The notes below the pieces were generated by a model. The model saw only the letters and a program-made list of their open reading frames with translations. It was not told the origin of the DNA and did no database searches. A program made the position numbers and the translations under genes. From the NCBI GenBank assembly GCA_963720265.1, contig CAVRET010000001.1:261916-325915 (forward strand): a stretch of 64,000 nucleotides of DNA. The letters are read 5' to 3'. Source of the stretch: an uncultured bacterium. GTDB lineage: Bacteria; Patescibacteriota; Saccharimonadia; UBA4664. Every line of letters starts with the position of its first letter. Position 1 is the first letter of the stretch. Positions 26,708-36,262 of this stretch are shown here, piece by piece.

Positions 26708-26862
26708 AATTGATTTGGCAGGTAGCTGTAAACCGGCCTCGCGGTAACAGATTGACTGCTTTATCGCCGCACCTAGCGCGGAACGCTCGCTGCGTAACTC
26801 GCTTGCGCTCAAACAGTGCTCGCGCCACGTCCTGCGCTGGACTTGGTATACGGCATGATCGC

Positions 26863-28272
26863 TTATCCGCGGAAGCGTTCAAGGTCGGTGAAGCGGCGCT
26901 GGTCGGCTTGGAAGTAGAGCTCGATATCGCGAATCGGACCGTTACGGTGCTTCCTAATGAGGAGTTCTGTGACGTGCTCATCCTCCTCCTTGTTGTAATA
27001 CCAGGGTCGGTAGATGAAGGCCACTACGTCGGCGTCTTGCTCAATGCTGCCGGAGTCGCGTAGGTCGGATAGCACCGGCACCGGAGGGGTGCGTGATTCA
27101 ACGTTACGTGACAGCTGGCTACAGGCGATGACGGGCACATTGATTTCGCGGGCTAGTCCTTTGAGTCCGCGCGAGATCTCTGACACCTCCTGCTGACGGC
27201 CCTCAAAGCTTTTGGCCCCGCCTGAAATGAGTTGGAGGTAATCGATAATAATGAGGCCCAAACCGTGTTCTGCTTGCAGTCGTCGGGCTTTAGTGCGCAT
27301 TTCCATGACATTGGTAACGGCTGAGTCATCAATGTAGAGAGGGGCTTCGGACAACTCGGCCATGGCTTCGTTGATGCGCGGGAAATCGGCGTCTTCAAGC
27401 GCGCCGGTGCGCAGTTTCCAGGAATCGACCCCGGATTCGATAGCCAAAAGCTGATCAATAAGCTGCTCTTTTGACACCTCAAGACTAAAGAAGCCAACCG
27501 GTACGCCCTCTTTGGCAGCAACATGGTGAGCGAGGTTCATGACGAGCGTTGTCTTGCCCATGGACGGGCGGGCGGCCAGAATGATGAGGTCAGAATTTTG
27601 TAGTCCCGCGAGCGTTGCGTCGAGATCCTTAAAGCCGGTCGGTATGCCGCGGAGTTTGCCGGAGTTGGCATGAAGTTCGCCGAGGCGCTCAAAAGAGTCG
27701 GCGAGGATAGTTTTTACCGGAATGAAGTTTTGTTTGAGGTTTTTTTGCGAGACTTCGAAAATGGTTTGCTCGGCCCGGTCGAGTAGTTGGTCGAGCGGCG
27801 TTTGCTCATCGTAGCCGTTTTGGGAAATAGCGCTGGCTGCGGCGATCAGGCGGCGCAGCGTGGCTTTGTGGCTAACAATACCGGCATAGTGTACAACGTG
27901 GGCGGCGGTTGGTACGGCAGCGGTGAGCTCGGTAACGAAGGCTGCGCCGCCGATGCGGTCGAGTTCGCCCGCGTCGCGCAGTTTGCCTGAGAGCGATACG
28001 ACATCGATGGGCTGGCGCTGCTCGTAAAGGTCCATCATAGCGGCGAAAATAAGGCCGTGGCGGTCGACGTAAAAATCGTCGGCTGTGACGATGTCGGCGA
28101 TTTTGATAATAGCGTCTTTTTCAATCAGGAGGGCACCCAAGAGGCTTGTTTCGGCCTCGATGTTTTGCGGCGGCACGCGGCCGGCCGCTACTTCCATATT
28201 AATGATCTGTCCAACAGACGGCAGATTGCCGCGAGGCGCGCGGGGATTGGTTGCGTTAGGACGGTCGGCCAT
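26863..28272 (-). CDS. dnaB: Replicative DNA helicase DnaB
   Basis: N-terminal DnaB domain (ETSLLGALL), Walker A ARPSMGKTT, RecA-like C-terminal domain. Confidence 0.9.
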   Translation of the reverse strand: MADRPNATNPRAPRGNLPSVGQIINMEVAAGRVPPQNIEAETSLLGALLIEKDAIIKIADIVTADDFYVDRHGLIFAAMMDLYEQRQPIDVVSLSGKLRDAGELDRIGGAAFVTELTAAVPTAAHVVHYAGIVSHKATLRRLIAAASAISQNGYDEQTPLDQLLDRAEQTIFEVSQKNLKQNFIPVKTILADSFERLGELHANSGKLRGIPTGFKDLDATLAGLQNSDLIILAARPSMGKTTLVMNLAHHVAAKEGVPVGFFSLEVSKEQLIDQLLAIESGVDSWKLRTGALEDADFPRINEAMAELSEAPLYIDDSAVTNVMEMRTKARRLQAEHGLGLIIIDYLQLISGGAKSFEGRQQEVSEISRGLKGLAREINVPVIACSQLSRNVESRTPPVPVLSDLRDSGSIEQDADVVAFIYRPWYYNKEEDEHVTELLIRKHRNGPIRDIELYFQADQRRFTDLERFRG

Positions 28273-29774
28273 TAATCCACTACCTCACCGCCTAAGATTT
28301 CGAGCGCTGATGAGACGAGCTCGGTATTAGGGTCAACAGTCTTGGCCTTGGGTCGCGCGCGTTCGTCGGTATGGGCAGTGACTTTGATAGGCCGTCCGTA
28401 GACTTTGGCTGCCGCGGCTTCGATGAGGCGCAAATTAGCCGGCTTGAGGAAGAGGTCGCGATGGAAATTAAAACGGGGTCTAACCACAACTTCGTTGTCG
28501 CCAAAATCAACCGGATACATCTGGAGCGAGGCGCTCAGCGGGACGGATTTGGATTTGATGAGTACCAAGACCTTTGGCCAGAGCTCGGCCGTGAGAGCGG
28601 GAGCGGATGCGGCTGCCTGAGGCTCGGCTGCTAACGGCGCCAGCGGTGTGGCGGCGGCAGCCGGTTGCTCGGGTTCTGGGGCGTCGGCCTCCTGGCGGGG
28701 CCGTTTTGACGCCTCGGCAGGCTGTTTGCGGGCAGGATCTGCCCCGTTCGCGGCAAGCTGAACAACGACAGCTTCGAGTGACAGTTGCGGCCAGGCCGAG
28801 CGGCTAATTTCTAGTAATGCCTGCACGATTTCGGCGCACCGGGCCGGTGATACAGCGAGGTCTGGCTGTTCGGCGCCTGTAGCGCCGGCGGCCGCCAGGA
28901 GCTGTTCGCGCCAATAGTCGGTTAGTTGGGCAACGAGCTGACCAGCCGGGGTGCCTGCGGCCTCGAGCTTACTAATAGCCACAAGGGCGGTTTTGGCATC
29001 ACTTTCGGCAATGGCCGTACTGATCGCGGCTATGGCTTCGATATCAGTAAAACCAAGTAAGTCGCGGGCGATGGCGGCGGTAATTGGTGCAGTACCGGCG
29101 GCGGCTAGCTGGTCGAGCAGACTGATGGCATCGCGGAAACCGCCTCTCGCCGCCCGGGCAATCACCTCGAGCGCGGCCGGCTCGATGGTGATGTTTTCGG
29201 CAGCCGCAATTTTTGCCAGATGGCTCATAAGGTCGGCATTACTAATAGGTTTAAAGTTGAAGCGCTGCGTGCGCGAAATAATGGTAGCCGGCAGCTTGTG
29301 CGCCTCAGTGGTGGCGAGTATAAACACGGCGTGAGCCGGCGGCTCCTCAAGGGTTTTAAGCAAGGCGTTAAAGGCCTCGGCCGTGAGCATGTGGACTTCA
29401 TCAATAATGTAGACTTTGTACTTGCCCTGAGTGGGAGCCAGGTTGATCTTGTCCTTTAGCTCGCGGATTGAATCAATAGAGCGATTGGAGGCGGCATCGA
29501 TCTCGATCACGTCCAAGGAGGCGCTTTGGATGGCCTTGCAGTTGGCGCATTCGTTGCACGGCTTGGGATTTCCAGTACAGTTAAGCGCCTTAGCCAGTAA
29601 TCTGGCGACGCTCGTCTTGCCCGTACCGCGTGGGCCGGTAAAGAGGTAGGCGTGACTCGTGCGTCCATTCGTCAGCGCGTTTACCAGCGTTGCTACAACA
29701 TGGTCTTGCCCGACCACTTCGTCGAACCGTGCGCTCCGATACTTGCGATATAATACCTGGTCAGACACCCTCAC
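28272..29774 (-). CDS. dnaX: DNA polymerase III subunit gamma/tau
   Basis: GQDHVV..L.NAL..GR..HAYLFTGPRGTGKTS, Zn module CNECANC. Confidence 0.9.
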   Translation of the reverse strand: MRVSDQVLYRKYRSARFDEVVGQDHVVATLVNALTNGRTSHAYLFTGPRGTGKTSVARLLAKALNCTGNPKPCNECANCKAIQSASLDVIEIDAASNRSIDSIRELKDKINLAPTQGKYKVYIIDEVHMLTAEAFNALLKTLEEPPAHAVFILATTEAHKLPATIISRTQRFNFKPISNADLMSHLAKIAAAENITIEPAALEVIARAARGGFRDAISLLDQLAAAGTAPITAAIARDLLGFTDIEAIAAISTAIAESDAKTALVAISKLEAAGTPAGQLVAQLTDYWREQLLAAAGATGAEQPDLAVSPARCAEIVQALLEISRSAWPQLSLEAVVVQLAANGADPARKQPAEASKRPRQEADAPEPEQPAAAATPLAPLAAEPQAAASAPALTAELWPKVLVLIKSKSVPLSASLQMYPVDFGDNEVVVRPRFNFHRDLFLKPANLRLIEAAAAKVYGRPIKVTAHTDERARPKAKTVDPNTELVSSALEILGGEVVD

Positions 29775-29803
29775 CCCCGTTTAGTCGTGACTTCTATTAT
29801 ATC

Positions 29804-30364
29804 TTAGCTGGGCTTGTGGGCGGTAGTGGATAAGACCTGCGCCAGCTCACGCGCGGCAACAGCGCGCATGCTTATGCGGTTTTTGATTTCGGGGCCGAGT
29901 TCGGCGAAGGTTTGGTCGTATCCGTCTGGCACAAAAATCGGGTCAAAGCCATGGCCGTTGGTACCTCTAGGTGGCACAATTCGGCCATGGACCTCGCCGG
30001 TAACGTAGTGGTTGTGACCATTGGCATCGCGGAAGCCAAGCGTGGTGCGAACGATGACTGATTGATCATCGTAGCGGCTGGCCAGTTCTGCTATGCCCTC
30101 GAGGCCGATGCCTTTGATAAACCATTTGACAAGTGGCCCAGGTAAGCTGCCCAGGCAGTTTAGGATGTAGGCTGTGTCATCGACGATAAATTCGCCGTCG
30201 TGATGAAGCGCGGCTTGCTCTAATTTGTGCTCAATAACAACTTGCGAATCAAGGCTCTGAATTTCATCAAGGTCGAGGTCTAGCTGCTGAAGCTCGAAGT
30301 CGGCTAAAAGCACCGACATCTCGCGGAATTTGTTAGCGTTACCGCTGATAAAATAGAGCGGCAT
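29804..30364 (-). CDS. rdgB: Non-canonical purine NTP pyrophosphatase (RdgB/HAM1)
   Basis: [10 protein letters not shown]-terminal motif, GHGFDPIF. Confidence 0.8.
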   Translation of the reverse strand: MPLYFISGNANKFREMSVLLADFELQQLDLDLDEIQSLDSQVVIEHKLEQAALHHDGEFIVDDTAYILNCLGSLPGPLVKWFIKGIGLEGIAELASRYDDQSVIVRTTLGFRDANGHNHYVTGEVHGRIVPPRGTNGHGFDPIFVPDGYDQTFAELGPEIKNRISMRAVAARELAQVLSTTAHKPS

Positions 30365-30888
30365 TAGCCGATGACGGCTTCGATGGCGGCCCAGGTGGCG
30401 TCGCCCTCTTCTGGGATTACCATGGTGACCTGGTCACCGGGTTGGGCTTTGAAATAGGTAACGCTGGCGAAGAGTACGTGATACTCCTGGCCGCGGGCTT
30501 CTACGAAGTAGGCTCCGTCTTTGAGGCCGAGCGTGCCAATGAGTTTTTTGCGCTCCACCGGCCCAATCTGTTTGTAAATAAATGTGCCGTCGTCGCCGAT
30601 TATGAGCTTGAGTTGGTCGCCCTGCACGAGCTTAGACTTCGAGGCATAGTTGGCCGGCACCGGATACGACTTGCCGTCTGGGCCAATCATGTGCTGGCCG
30701 TCAAAGCCGCCCTCGATGATCTTGCCGGTCTGGGCGGTAACCGCGGCTTTGGCCTCGGTGGGAGACACAACATCATCCGAGCCTACGAGGCTAGTGAGCA
30801 GTTCCTTGGCTCCGGCCAGGTTCGTCTCAGCCGACTCGATCAGCTTCTTGAGCGTCTTAAGTTGTTTTTCCGTAATATCTGCCACCAC
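30364..30888 (-). CDS. Hypothetical protein (first gene of the rdgB-dnaX-dnaB string, GTG start)
   Basis: 174 aa, no recognisable motif; AAGGA 5 nt upstream of GTG. Confidence 0.4.
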   Translation of the reverse strand: MVADITEKQLKTLKKLIESAETNLAGAKELLTSLVGSDDVVSPTEAKAAVTAQTGKIIEGGFDGQHMIGPDGKSYPVPANYASKSKLVQGDQLKLIIGDDGTFIYKQIGPVERKKLIGTLGLKDGAYFVEARGQEYHVLFASVTYFKAQPGDQVTMVIPEEGDATWAAIEAVIG

Positions 30889-30923
30889 CGTCCTTTGTCT
30901 TGGTCTTGCATTACTTGGCTCTA

Positions 30924-30952
30924 TTCATACTACGCCTTGCGAACAAAGTCAA
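30924..30952 (-). promoter_or_regulatory. Candidate native promoter (TTGACT-17-TATGAA on minus strand) for the hyp-rdgB-dnaX-dnaB string
   Basis: Read directly; lies about 40 bp outside the IS982 left end. Confidence 0.25.
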
Positions 30953-30988
30953 AACTGAGAGCCATTTATTACCCGTTTGAGGCTTCTG

Positions 30989-31895
30989 CCCTGAATCTAA
31001 AAACCTAGCCAACTAGAAAACGAGCGGGCGCATACTGTTTCTTGTAAGAGAAAACAAACATGCAACCACTCGCTCTCGAATCACATCATATCGTGGATTT
31101 ATTTGTCGTCATAGACGACGCCGTAGCAGAACCGACCCGGCCGCAGGGTGGCCGGCCAAAACTTGTTCGTGATTCAGAAATCATTACCCTTTTAATCTGG
31201 AATTGTATATCGGATACGCGTCAGCGTACCCTTAAATCCATCTTTCATTGGGCCTTGTTGTACCACCGTCGTGACGTGCCCAGGCTCGGTACATATGGGG
31301 CTTTTGTGGCCCATTGCCACCGTCTTTTGCCTCAACTTCTCGAGCTTTTGGGGCAGATGCTGGTTCCAGCCGAGATCCAGCTAGTAGATTCAACCAGGCT
31401 GCCGGTGTGCCGTAACCACCGGGCCGACAGTTACAAAGTGGCAGCCGGTCTGGCGGGCTGGGGTAAAAACTGGCAGGGCTTTTGGTTTGGATTTAAGTTG
31501 CACGCGGCGGTGGACGTGGAAGGGTGGCTTTCGGCCGTGACCTTTACTCCAGCTGACGTCTACGACGGTCATGTGACGCCCGGGCTGGTACGGCCCGAAA
31601 CTAAAATTGTAGTGGGCGACAGCCATTACGGCGACAAAATCGCCCGGGAAAAGCTTTGGCGCGAGCATGGTGTAGTGGTTGTAGCACCGGTTCATTACCG
31701 GCAAGTTTCTCAAATTATGGCTTCGTGGCAACAAAAACTTCTTGCTGCACGAGTCAAAGTCGAATGCACATTTGACTACTTAAAAGAACATCTGAACTTA
31801 GTTAGTTCATTCCCGCGGAGCAAAAACGGCTATCTGCTCCATTACGTCAGGATTTTGCTGGGCTACCAGATGGGACGGGGTTTTTAGATTCAGGG
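30989..31895 (+). mobile_element. IS982-family insertion sequence, 907 bp, perfect 17-bp terminal inverted repeats, flanked by 5-bp direct repeat TTCTG
   Basis: IRL ccctgaatctaaaaacc at 30989..31005; IRR ggtttttagattcaggg at 31879..31895. TTCTG at 30984..30988 and 31896..31900. Transposase stop codon lies inside IRR. Confidence 0.7.
31060..31887 (+). CDS. IS982-family DDE transposase
   Basis: VDSTRLPVCRNHRADSYKV...WFGFKLHAAVDVEGWLSAVTFTPADVYDG...VVGDSHYGDK matches the IS982 transposase core. Confidence 0.75.
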   Translation: MQPLALESHHIVDLFVVIDDAVAEPTRPQGGRPKLVRDSEIITLLIWNCISDTRQRTLKSIFHWALLYHRRDVPRLGTYGAFVAHCHRLLPQLLELLGQMLVPAEIQLVDSTRLPVCRNHRADSYKVAAGLAGWGKNWQGFWFGFKLHAAVDVEGWLSAVTFTPADVYDGHVTPGLVRPETKIVVGDSHYGDKIAREKLWREHGVVVVAPVHYRQVSQIMASWQQKLLAARVKVECTFDYLKEHLNLVSSFPRSKNGYLLHYVRILLGYQMGRGF

Positions 31896-31903
31896 TTCTG
31901 ATA

Positions 31904-31932
31904 TTGATTTTATATAGTACTTATGCTATAAT
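31904..31932 (+). promoter_or_regulatory. Near-consensus sigma70 promoter TTGATT-17-TATAAT just outside the IS right end, reading outward
   Basis: -35 at 31904..31909, -10 at 31927..31932. Confidence 0.5.
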
Positions 31933-31979
31933 ATAGCCTGAACTTGAACATATCGACTCGCCTAGAAGGTGGTACTCAA

Positions 31980-32294
31980 ATGAGCGCACTGGCAACCGGT
32001 TACGGCCCGCAGGCGAATCTTAGCCCGCTCGTCGCGGTGCTGGTCGTCCTCGGGATCTTCGCAGTTCTCGCTGTCTGTGACCACCTTTGTGGCGGACAGA
32101 AGGAAAGATACGAGCACTGGCTCAGCAATATTCTCGAACGACGTATTGACGAGGCTATCCTCGCCGTGGCCGCTTCGGGGACCAACGTGGCAAACCTCCT
32201 CGACCAGCAGGCGCGCGACCGGCGAAGCCGACTCCATGCAGAGCCGTACAGGCGCACGCGCGAACTCCTGGCCGGTTATGGCCACATCGTTTGA
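31980..32294 (+). CDS. Hypothetical small membrane protein, GC-rich
   Basis: AAGGTGG 8 nt upstream of ATG; one TM helix (LVAVLVVLGIFAVLAV); about 65% GC. Confidence 0.3.
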   Translation: MSALATGYGPQANLSPLVAVLVVLGIFAVLAVCDHLCGGQKERYEHWLSNILERRIDEAILAVAASGTNVANLLDQQARDRRSRLHAEPYRRTRELLAGYGHIV

Positions 32295-32343
32295 TCAAGT
32301 TCAGGACGACGACCGCAGCGCGGCCGTCGTCCTAGAACGCAAT

Positions 32344-32375
32344 TATTCCTAACAAAAAAGAAGGCCACTCGGGTC
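32344..32375. terminator. Bidirectional rho-independent terminator (aaaaaagaag-loop-cttctttttt) between the small ORF and rplL
   Basis: 10-bp stem with A-run and T-run on either side. Confidence 0.5.
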
Positions 32376-32402
32376 TTCTTTTTTGTTCTGCTTGCGCGAG
32401 TG

Positions 32403-32834
32403 TTACTGCAGTTCGACGGTAGCGCCGGCAGCTTCGAGTTTAGTCTTGGCTTCGTCGGCGTCAGCCTTGGCGATGTTTTCCTTAACGGCCTTGGGGGCGC
32501 CGTCAACGAGAGCCTTCGATTCCGCGAGGCCCAGGCCCGTGATTTCACGCACAGCCTTAATGACGTTGATCTTCTGGTCGCCGGCCGACTTCAAGATCAC
32601 GGTCGCGGTAACCTTCTCAGGCGCAGCTTCGGCTTCGTCGCCGCCTGCGGCAGGACCAGCAGCCACGGCCACGGCCGGAGCAGCGGCCGACACGCCGTAG
32701 TGGTCTTCGAGCACGTGCACGAGCTCGCTCAGTTCGAGCACGCTCAGCTTGTCGATCTGCTCAACTAACTCTTTAAATTTCTTGGGGATTTCTACTTCTT
32801 TTTTCTCAGTCTTTTCCTCAGTGGCTTCTGCCAT
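32403..32834 (-). CDS. rplL: 50S ribosomal protein L7/L12 with about 25-aa charged N-terminal extension
   Basis: Ala-rich hinge, C-terminal domain [32 protein letters not shown]. Confidence 0.9.
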   Translation of the reverse strand: MAEATEEKTEKKEVEIPKKFKELVEQIDKLSVLELSELVHVLEDHYGVSAAAPAVAVAAGPAAGGDEAEAAPEKVTATVILKSAGDQKINVIKAVREITGLGLAESKALVDGAPKAVKENIAKADADEAKTKLEAAGATVELQ

Positions 32835-32855
32835 GATGATTCTCCTTTAGTGATG

Positions 32856-33386
32856 TTACGAACGGGCCTCAGACAGCGCGTTCAGGACGTACATAATAGA
32901 TCGGACGTTAGCGGTCATGACACCGACGAGACCAGACAGCGGGGCGGCAAGGGTGCCGACCAATTGTCCGAGCAATTGCTCACGGGTTGGGAGCGTGGCG
33001 AGGGCTTTCACTTCGGCGGCCGAAAGCAAGTTCCCGTCAGCCGTGATGGCGCCCACGATCTCGAGCGCGTCGTGCTTCTTCGCGTACTGGAAGATCACAC
33101 GGGCCGGTGCAACTTCATCGTCAAAGCCAATGGCAAGCGCCATCGGGCCTTTAAACGAAGCCGGGTCGATGCCTTTTAAGGCCGGGGTGCCAGCGACAGC
33201 CAGGCGCAACAGGGTATTCTTGGTGACCCGGTAAGTCATCCCCTGCTCGCGCAAGTTGCCACGAAGCTCCTCGATCTCACCGACGCCCAAGCCCCGGTAG
33301 TCGGTCATGACGGCCAGTTTGAGGCGGCTTAAGTCTCCGGACAGCTGTTCAACTGCCGATTCCTTGGCCGCACGCGTAATGGCCAT
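32856..33386 (-). CDS. rplJ: 50S ribosomal protein L10
   Basis: MAITRAAKESAVEQL... typical L10 N-terminus; internal start chosen over the track ORF start. Confidence 0.85.
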   Translation of the reverse strand: MAITRAAKESAVEQLSGDLSRLKLAVMTDYRGLGVGEIEELRGNLREQGMTYRVTKNTLLRLAVAGTPALKGIDPASFKGPMALAIGFDDEVAPARVIFQYAKKHDALEIVGAITADGNLLSAAEVKALATLPTREQLLGQLVGTLAAPLSGLVGVMTANVRSIMYVLNALSEARS

Positions 33387-33600
33387 ATGTTGACTCCTTT
33401 GGTTGATATTAAAAAACTCTTGGCGCACACCAAGAGACATTGAGAATTCCGTAATGAGCGCGGTTGGGCGCTTTTTGGATACCTCGGTAGCCGAATTTTA
33501 AGCCCGGGATGGGCGGCTACTGTCTATGGTGAACGAGAGAATTGTACGTTATCTGGGGGCTTTGGTCAAGATTTCTCCGAATTAACTCCTTCAAGCGCGG
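33387..33600 (-). promoter_or_regulatory. Probable L10 (rplJL) 5' leader / autoregulatory region
   Basis: About 210-nt non-coding stretch upstream of rplJ with several stem-forming segments. Position-based inference only. Confidence 0.3.
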
Positions 33601-33607
33601 ATTTACA

Positions 33608-34084
33608 CTAGCTCTGATAAGAATCGTGGTCAAAATACGATCGAAAATCACCAAGTATTTCCGTTATAAAACTTGGTAATGCCAAGGCCGTGACCACGAA
33701 TGTCGAGCGTTTCAAGGGTACCATAGCATTGCCTTTATTTTTGCCTTGGACTTGCTCGTTAAATGTTAGCGGATAGCTGTAAAGCACCCAATCTCTGGAC
33801 TTCAGGTTTAGCTTGTTTGGGTCGATGTCGCCGGTAGCCTTATTGATATCAGCGGCATCATAGTCGGTCACCCAAAGATTGGCCGTGGTTACGACTATTG
33901 GGACAATAACATTGGGTACATCATTTGCTGGAGTCAAGCTGGGCATGTTTTCGATAAGGCCCGGTATAGCCTCATTGGTTTGCTTAATTGCGTAGTACGC
34001 TCGCGAGGCTTTGTCCGCTTGTCGACTAATTCGACCCTCAGTTTCGCTGAACTCAAATACGTTAACAGCGTGCTCGAAGTCCAT
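33608..34084 (-). CDS. Hypothetical protein, no recognisable family
   Basis: 158 aa; divergent from the cold-shock-domain gene; coding-like composition. Confidence 0.4.
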   Translation of the reverse strand: MDFEHAVNVFEFSETEGRISRQADKASRAYYAIKQTNEAIPGLIENMPSLTPANDVPNVIVPIVVTTANLWVTDYDAADINKATGDIDPNKLNLKSRDWVLYSYPLTFNEQVQGKNKGNAMVPLKRSTFVVTALALPSFITEILGDFRSYFDHDSYQS

Positions 34085-34208
34085 AGGCGCATCGTATTTC
34101 AGCCCCGGGAAACTATACTGCTGAGTGTAAAAGCTGGCCCCTCGCTTATAGAGACCTAGAATAAGCTGTCAACCACCAAACGTCTTAGCCAAGCTTGAGC
34201 GTAAAACT

Positions 34209-34237
34209 TTGACGAAGCGACCTATTTGTGCTAAAAT
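34209..34237 (+). promoter_or_regulatory. Sigma70-like promoter TTGACG-17-TAAAAT followed by about 140-nt structured 5' UTR
   Basis: -35 at 34209..34214, -10 at 34232..34237. The UTR contains the ctccca-tt-tgggag hairpin, as in csp-type leaders. Confidence 0.45.
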
Positions 34238-34383
34238 ATGCATGCTTTGTGGATTACATAAAAGCGCTCATTTAAGCTCTCTGTTATCTTTCACTCCTCC
34301 CATTTGGGAGTTCTGGACATAAATCTATTTGTGTTTGGTGCTCCCTAATGGGAACCCCACCATTCGAGTGATTGGAGTGAGCC

Positions 34384-35043
34384 ATGGTGGAATTCGGTAA
34401 GGTTAAGTTCTTCGACGACCGCGAGGGAAAGCACTACGGCTTCCTGATGGTCGTCGATGCCGACGACAACCCCACTGGCGAGGAGATCTTCTTCCACTAC
34501 AACGACGGCAAGTTCATCAGCTGCCACACCTTCTATGACCGCATAGCGCGTCGTGGGAACGAATCAATCCGCCTGAAGGTGCCCCGAAAGCTCGACAAGC
34601 TCGTCTTCGAGCGTCAGCCGGGCCGAAAGGGCGACAAAGCTTGCCCCTGGAGCTTCGCCAACGAGTGGGACGTTATCCGGTGGCGCGTCGTGCGCGAGGA
34701 CTACTACATCGAGCCGTACCAGGAAGAGCCAGGTAGCACTACGTTCTGCGACAGCGGTTCTAGCTACAAGAGCACTGTCCGTAACGGCTCGACCACGGCG
34801 GATCTCGAGGTCGTCAGCAAGTGGACCGGCGCGGACGTCGGTCTCTACGACGACGAGCAGGACGAGCCGGAAGGCGGCGGAGGTTTCTACGACGGCGCAA
34901 ACTACTGGCTACAAGTCATCCGTGATGGCAACTGGACCAGGGTCGGCATCGTCAAGCCGGCGCGCGACGCCGAAGACGACGAGGTCGATGATGTGAGCCG
35001 CGCCGAGTACGAATACGGCAAGGCCCACGAGATGTATAGCTAG
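34384..35043 (+). CDS. Cold-shock-domain protein with about 150-aa acidic C-terminal extension
   Basis: GKVKFFDDREGKHYGFL resembles the CSD RNP1 region (G.VKWFN..KGFGFI); C-terminal half is rich in D/E. Confidence 0.55.
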   Translation: MVEFGKVKFFDDREGKHYGFLMVVDADDNPTGEEIFFHYNDGKFISCHTFYDRIARRGNESIRLKVPRKLDKLVFERQPGRKGDKACPWSFANEWDVIRWRVVREDYYIEPYQEEPGSTTFCDSGSSYKSTVRNGSTTADLEVVSKWTGADVGLYDDEQDEPEGGGGFYDGANYWLQVIRDGNWTRVGIVKPARDAEDDEVDDVSRAEYEYGKAHEMYS

Positions 35044-35166
35044 AACAGAGGGCTCCGGGAGGGAGGTCGGCTGAGTGCACCGCGCACTCGGCCGCACTTC
35101 CTTCCCGGCAGTTCCTAAAACCATTATTCGGTTACGAAATAGTGTCGTTAGGTTCTGCCCAATCTC

Positions 35167-36108
35167 TTAAGCAACGTATGGCGTCCCTCGTCTCCAGACC
35201 GCGTGCACTCGGTTGAGGAGCTTTCTTGCAACCACAATGTTGGCTTCGGTATACCGCTTGCCCTCGGCCCGTTTCTTGGCGTACACCGCCTTGAGCGCAG
35301 GGTCGTGCCGTTCAGCGCTAGCGGCCGCCATATAGATTGCTCGACGCAAGTATGGTGAGCCGCGTTTAGTGAGATGCGTATTGCGGTTAAGGCTCGCTCC
35401 ACTTTGCCGGACTCGTGGGTCTAAACCGGCAAAAGCAATGAGCGATTTACCAGTCGGGAATCTGGAAATGTCACCAATCTCGGCTAGGAGCGTGCATGAG
35501 ATGACAACTCCAATGCCTGGGATGGATTCAAGCAGGCTTTTCAGCTCCGGTGCTGCATGCGTGCCGGCCTGGGCCCGAAACACCTCTGAGGCTTCACCGA
35601 GTCGCTGCTCGCAAGCAGCCAATTCAGCAATGAGATCCGCTTCAGCAGGAAGAACGGTGGTTAAGTGGTAACGCATGAGCGTCAGCGCTTGTCGTATGTT
35701 GACGAGTTTTACGCCGGTACGCACCATGGACTTCATTGCTCCAAAGGTCGCCGCTGTCACGAGCGTTCCCTCGCCTTGGGCGGCCACTCGAGCCACAACC
35801 TCAGCGTCGGTAATATCCGTCTTCTTCTTGCGCACGGTGGCCCTCGTGAATTGCTTGGTCGTAATGGGGTTGAGCAATCTAAATGGCACTCCGAGATCCA
35901 AACATATTTGAGCCAGAGGCCGGTGATATTCAGCGGTAGCTTCACTAGCCAGTACCAGATGTTTGTAGCGCCTGCGCAGGCTTTCCACGACTGGCAGAAT
36001 AGCTTCTTTGGTGTTTGCGATTTTGTATTGCTCCTTAACGGCACCGCTTCTATCTATACGAGCTCCAAACAGCATATCTTTGCCCACGTCGAATCCAACC
36101 ACCACCAT
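35167..36108 (-). CDS. IS110-family transposase (DEDD)
   Basis: VVGFDVGKD N-terminus, C-terminal GIGVVISCTLLAEIGDISRF...AFAGLDPRVRQSG...TKRGSPYLRRAIYMAA. Element ends not determinable by eye. Confidence 0.8.
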   Translation of the reverse strand: MVVVGFDVGKDMLFGARIDRSGAVKEQYKIANTKEAILPVVESLRRRYKHLVLASEATAEYHRPLAQICLDLGVPFRLLNPITTKQFTRATVRKKKTDITDAEVVARVAAQGEGTLVTAATFGAMKSMVRTGVKLVNIRQALTLMRYHLTTVLPAEADLIAELAACEQRLGEASEVFRAQAGTHAAPELKSLLESIPGIGVVISCTLLAEIGDISRFPTGKSLIAFAGLDPRVRQSGASLNRNTHLTKRGSPYLRRAIYMAAASAERHDPALKAVYAKKRAEGKRYTEANIVVARKLLNRVHAVWRRGTPYVA

Positions 36109-36262
36109 GGCAACCTCCTCGAATCTTGTTTATCTATCTGAAAAAGAAAGGAGAGAAGGAAGAGAGGAAAGAACTGGAGATACATGGAGTCCCCTGGCTG
36201 TTGGCATACAATTGGCTTGCGGGTGATCTGAGCCACAATGCTCAACCTAGAATAGATTGCCG

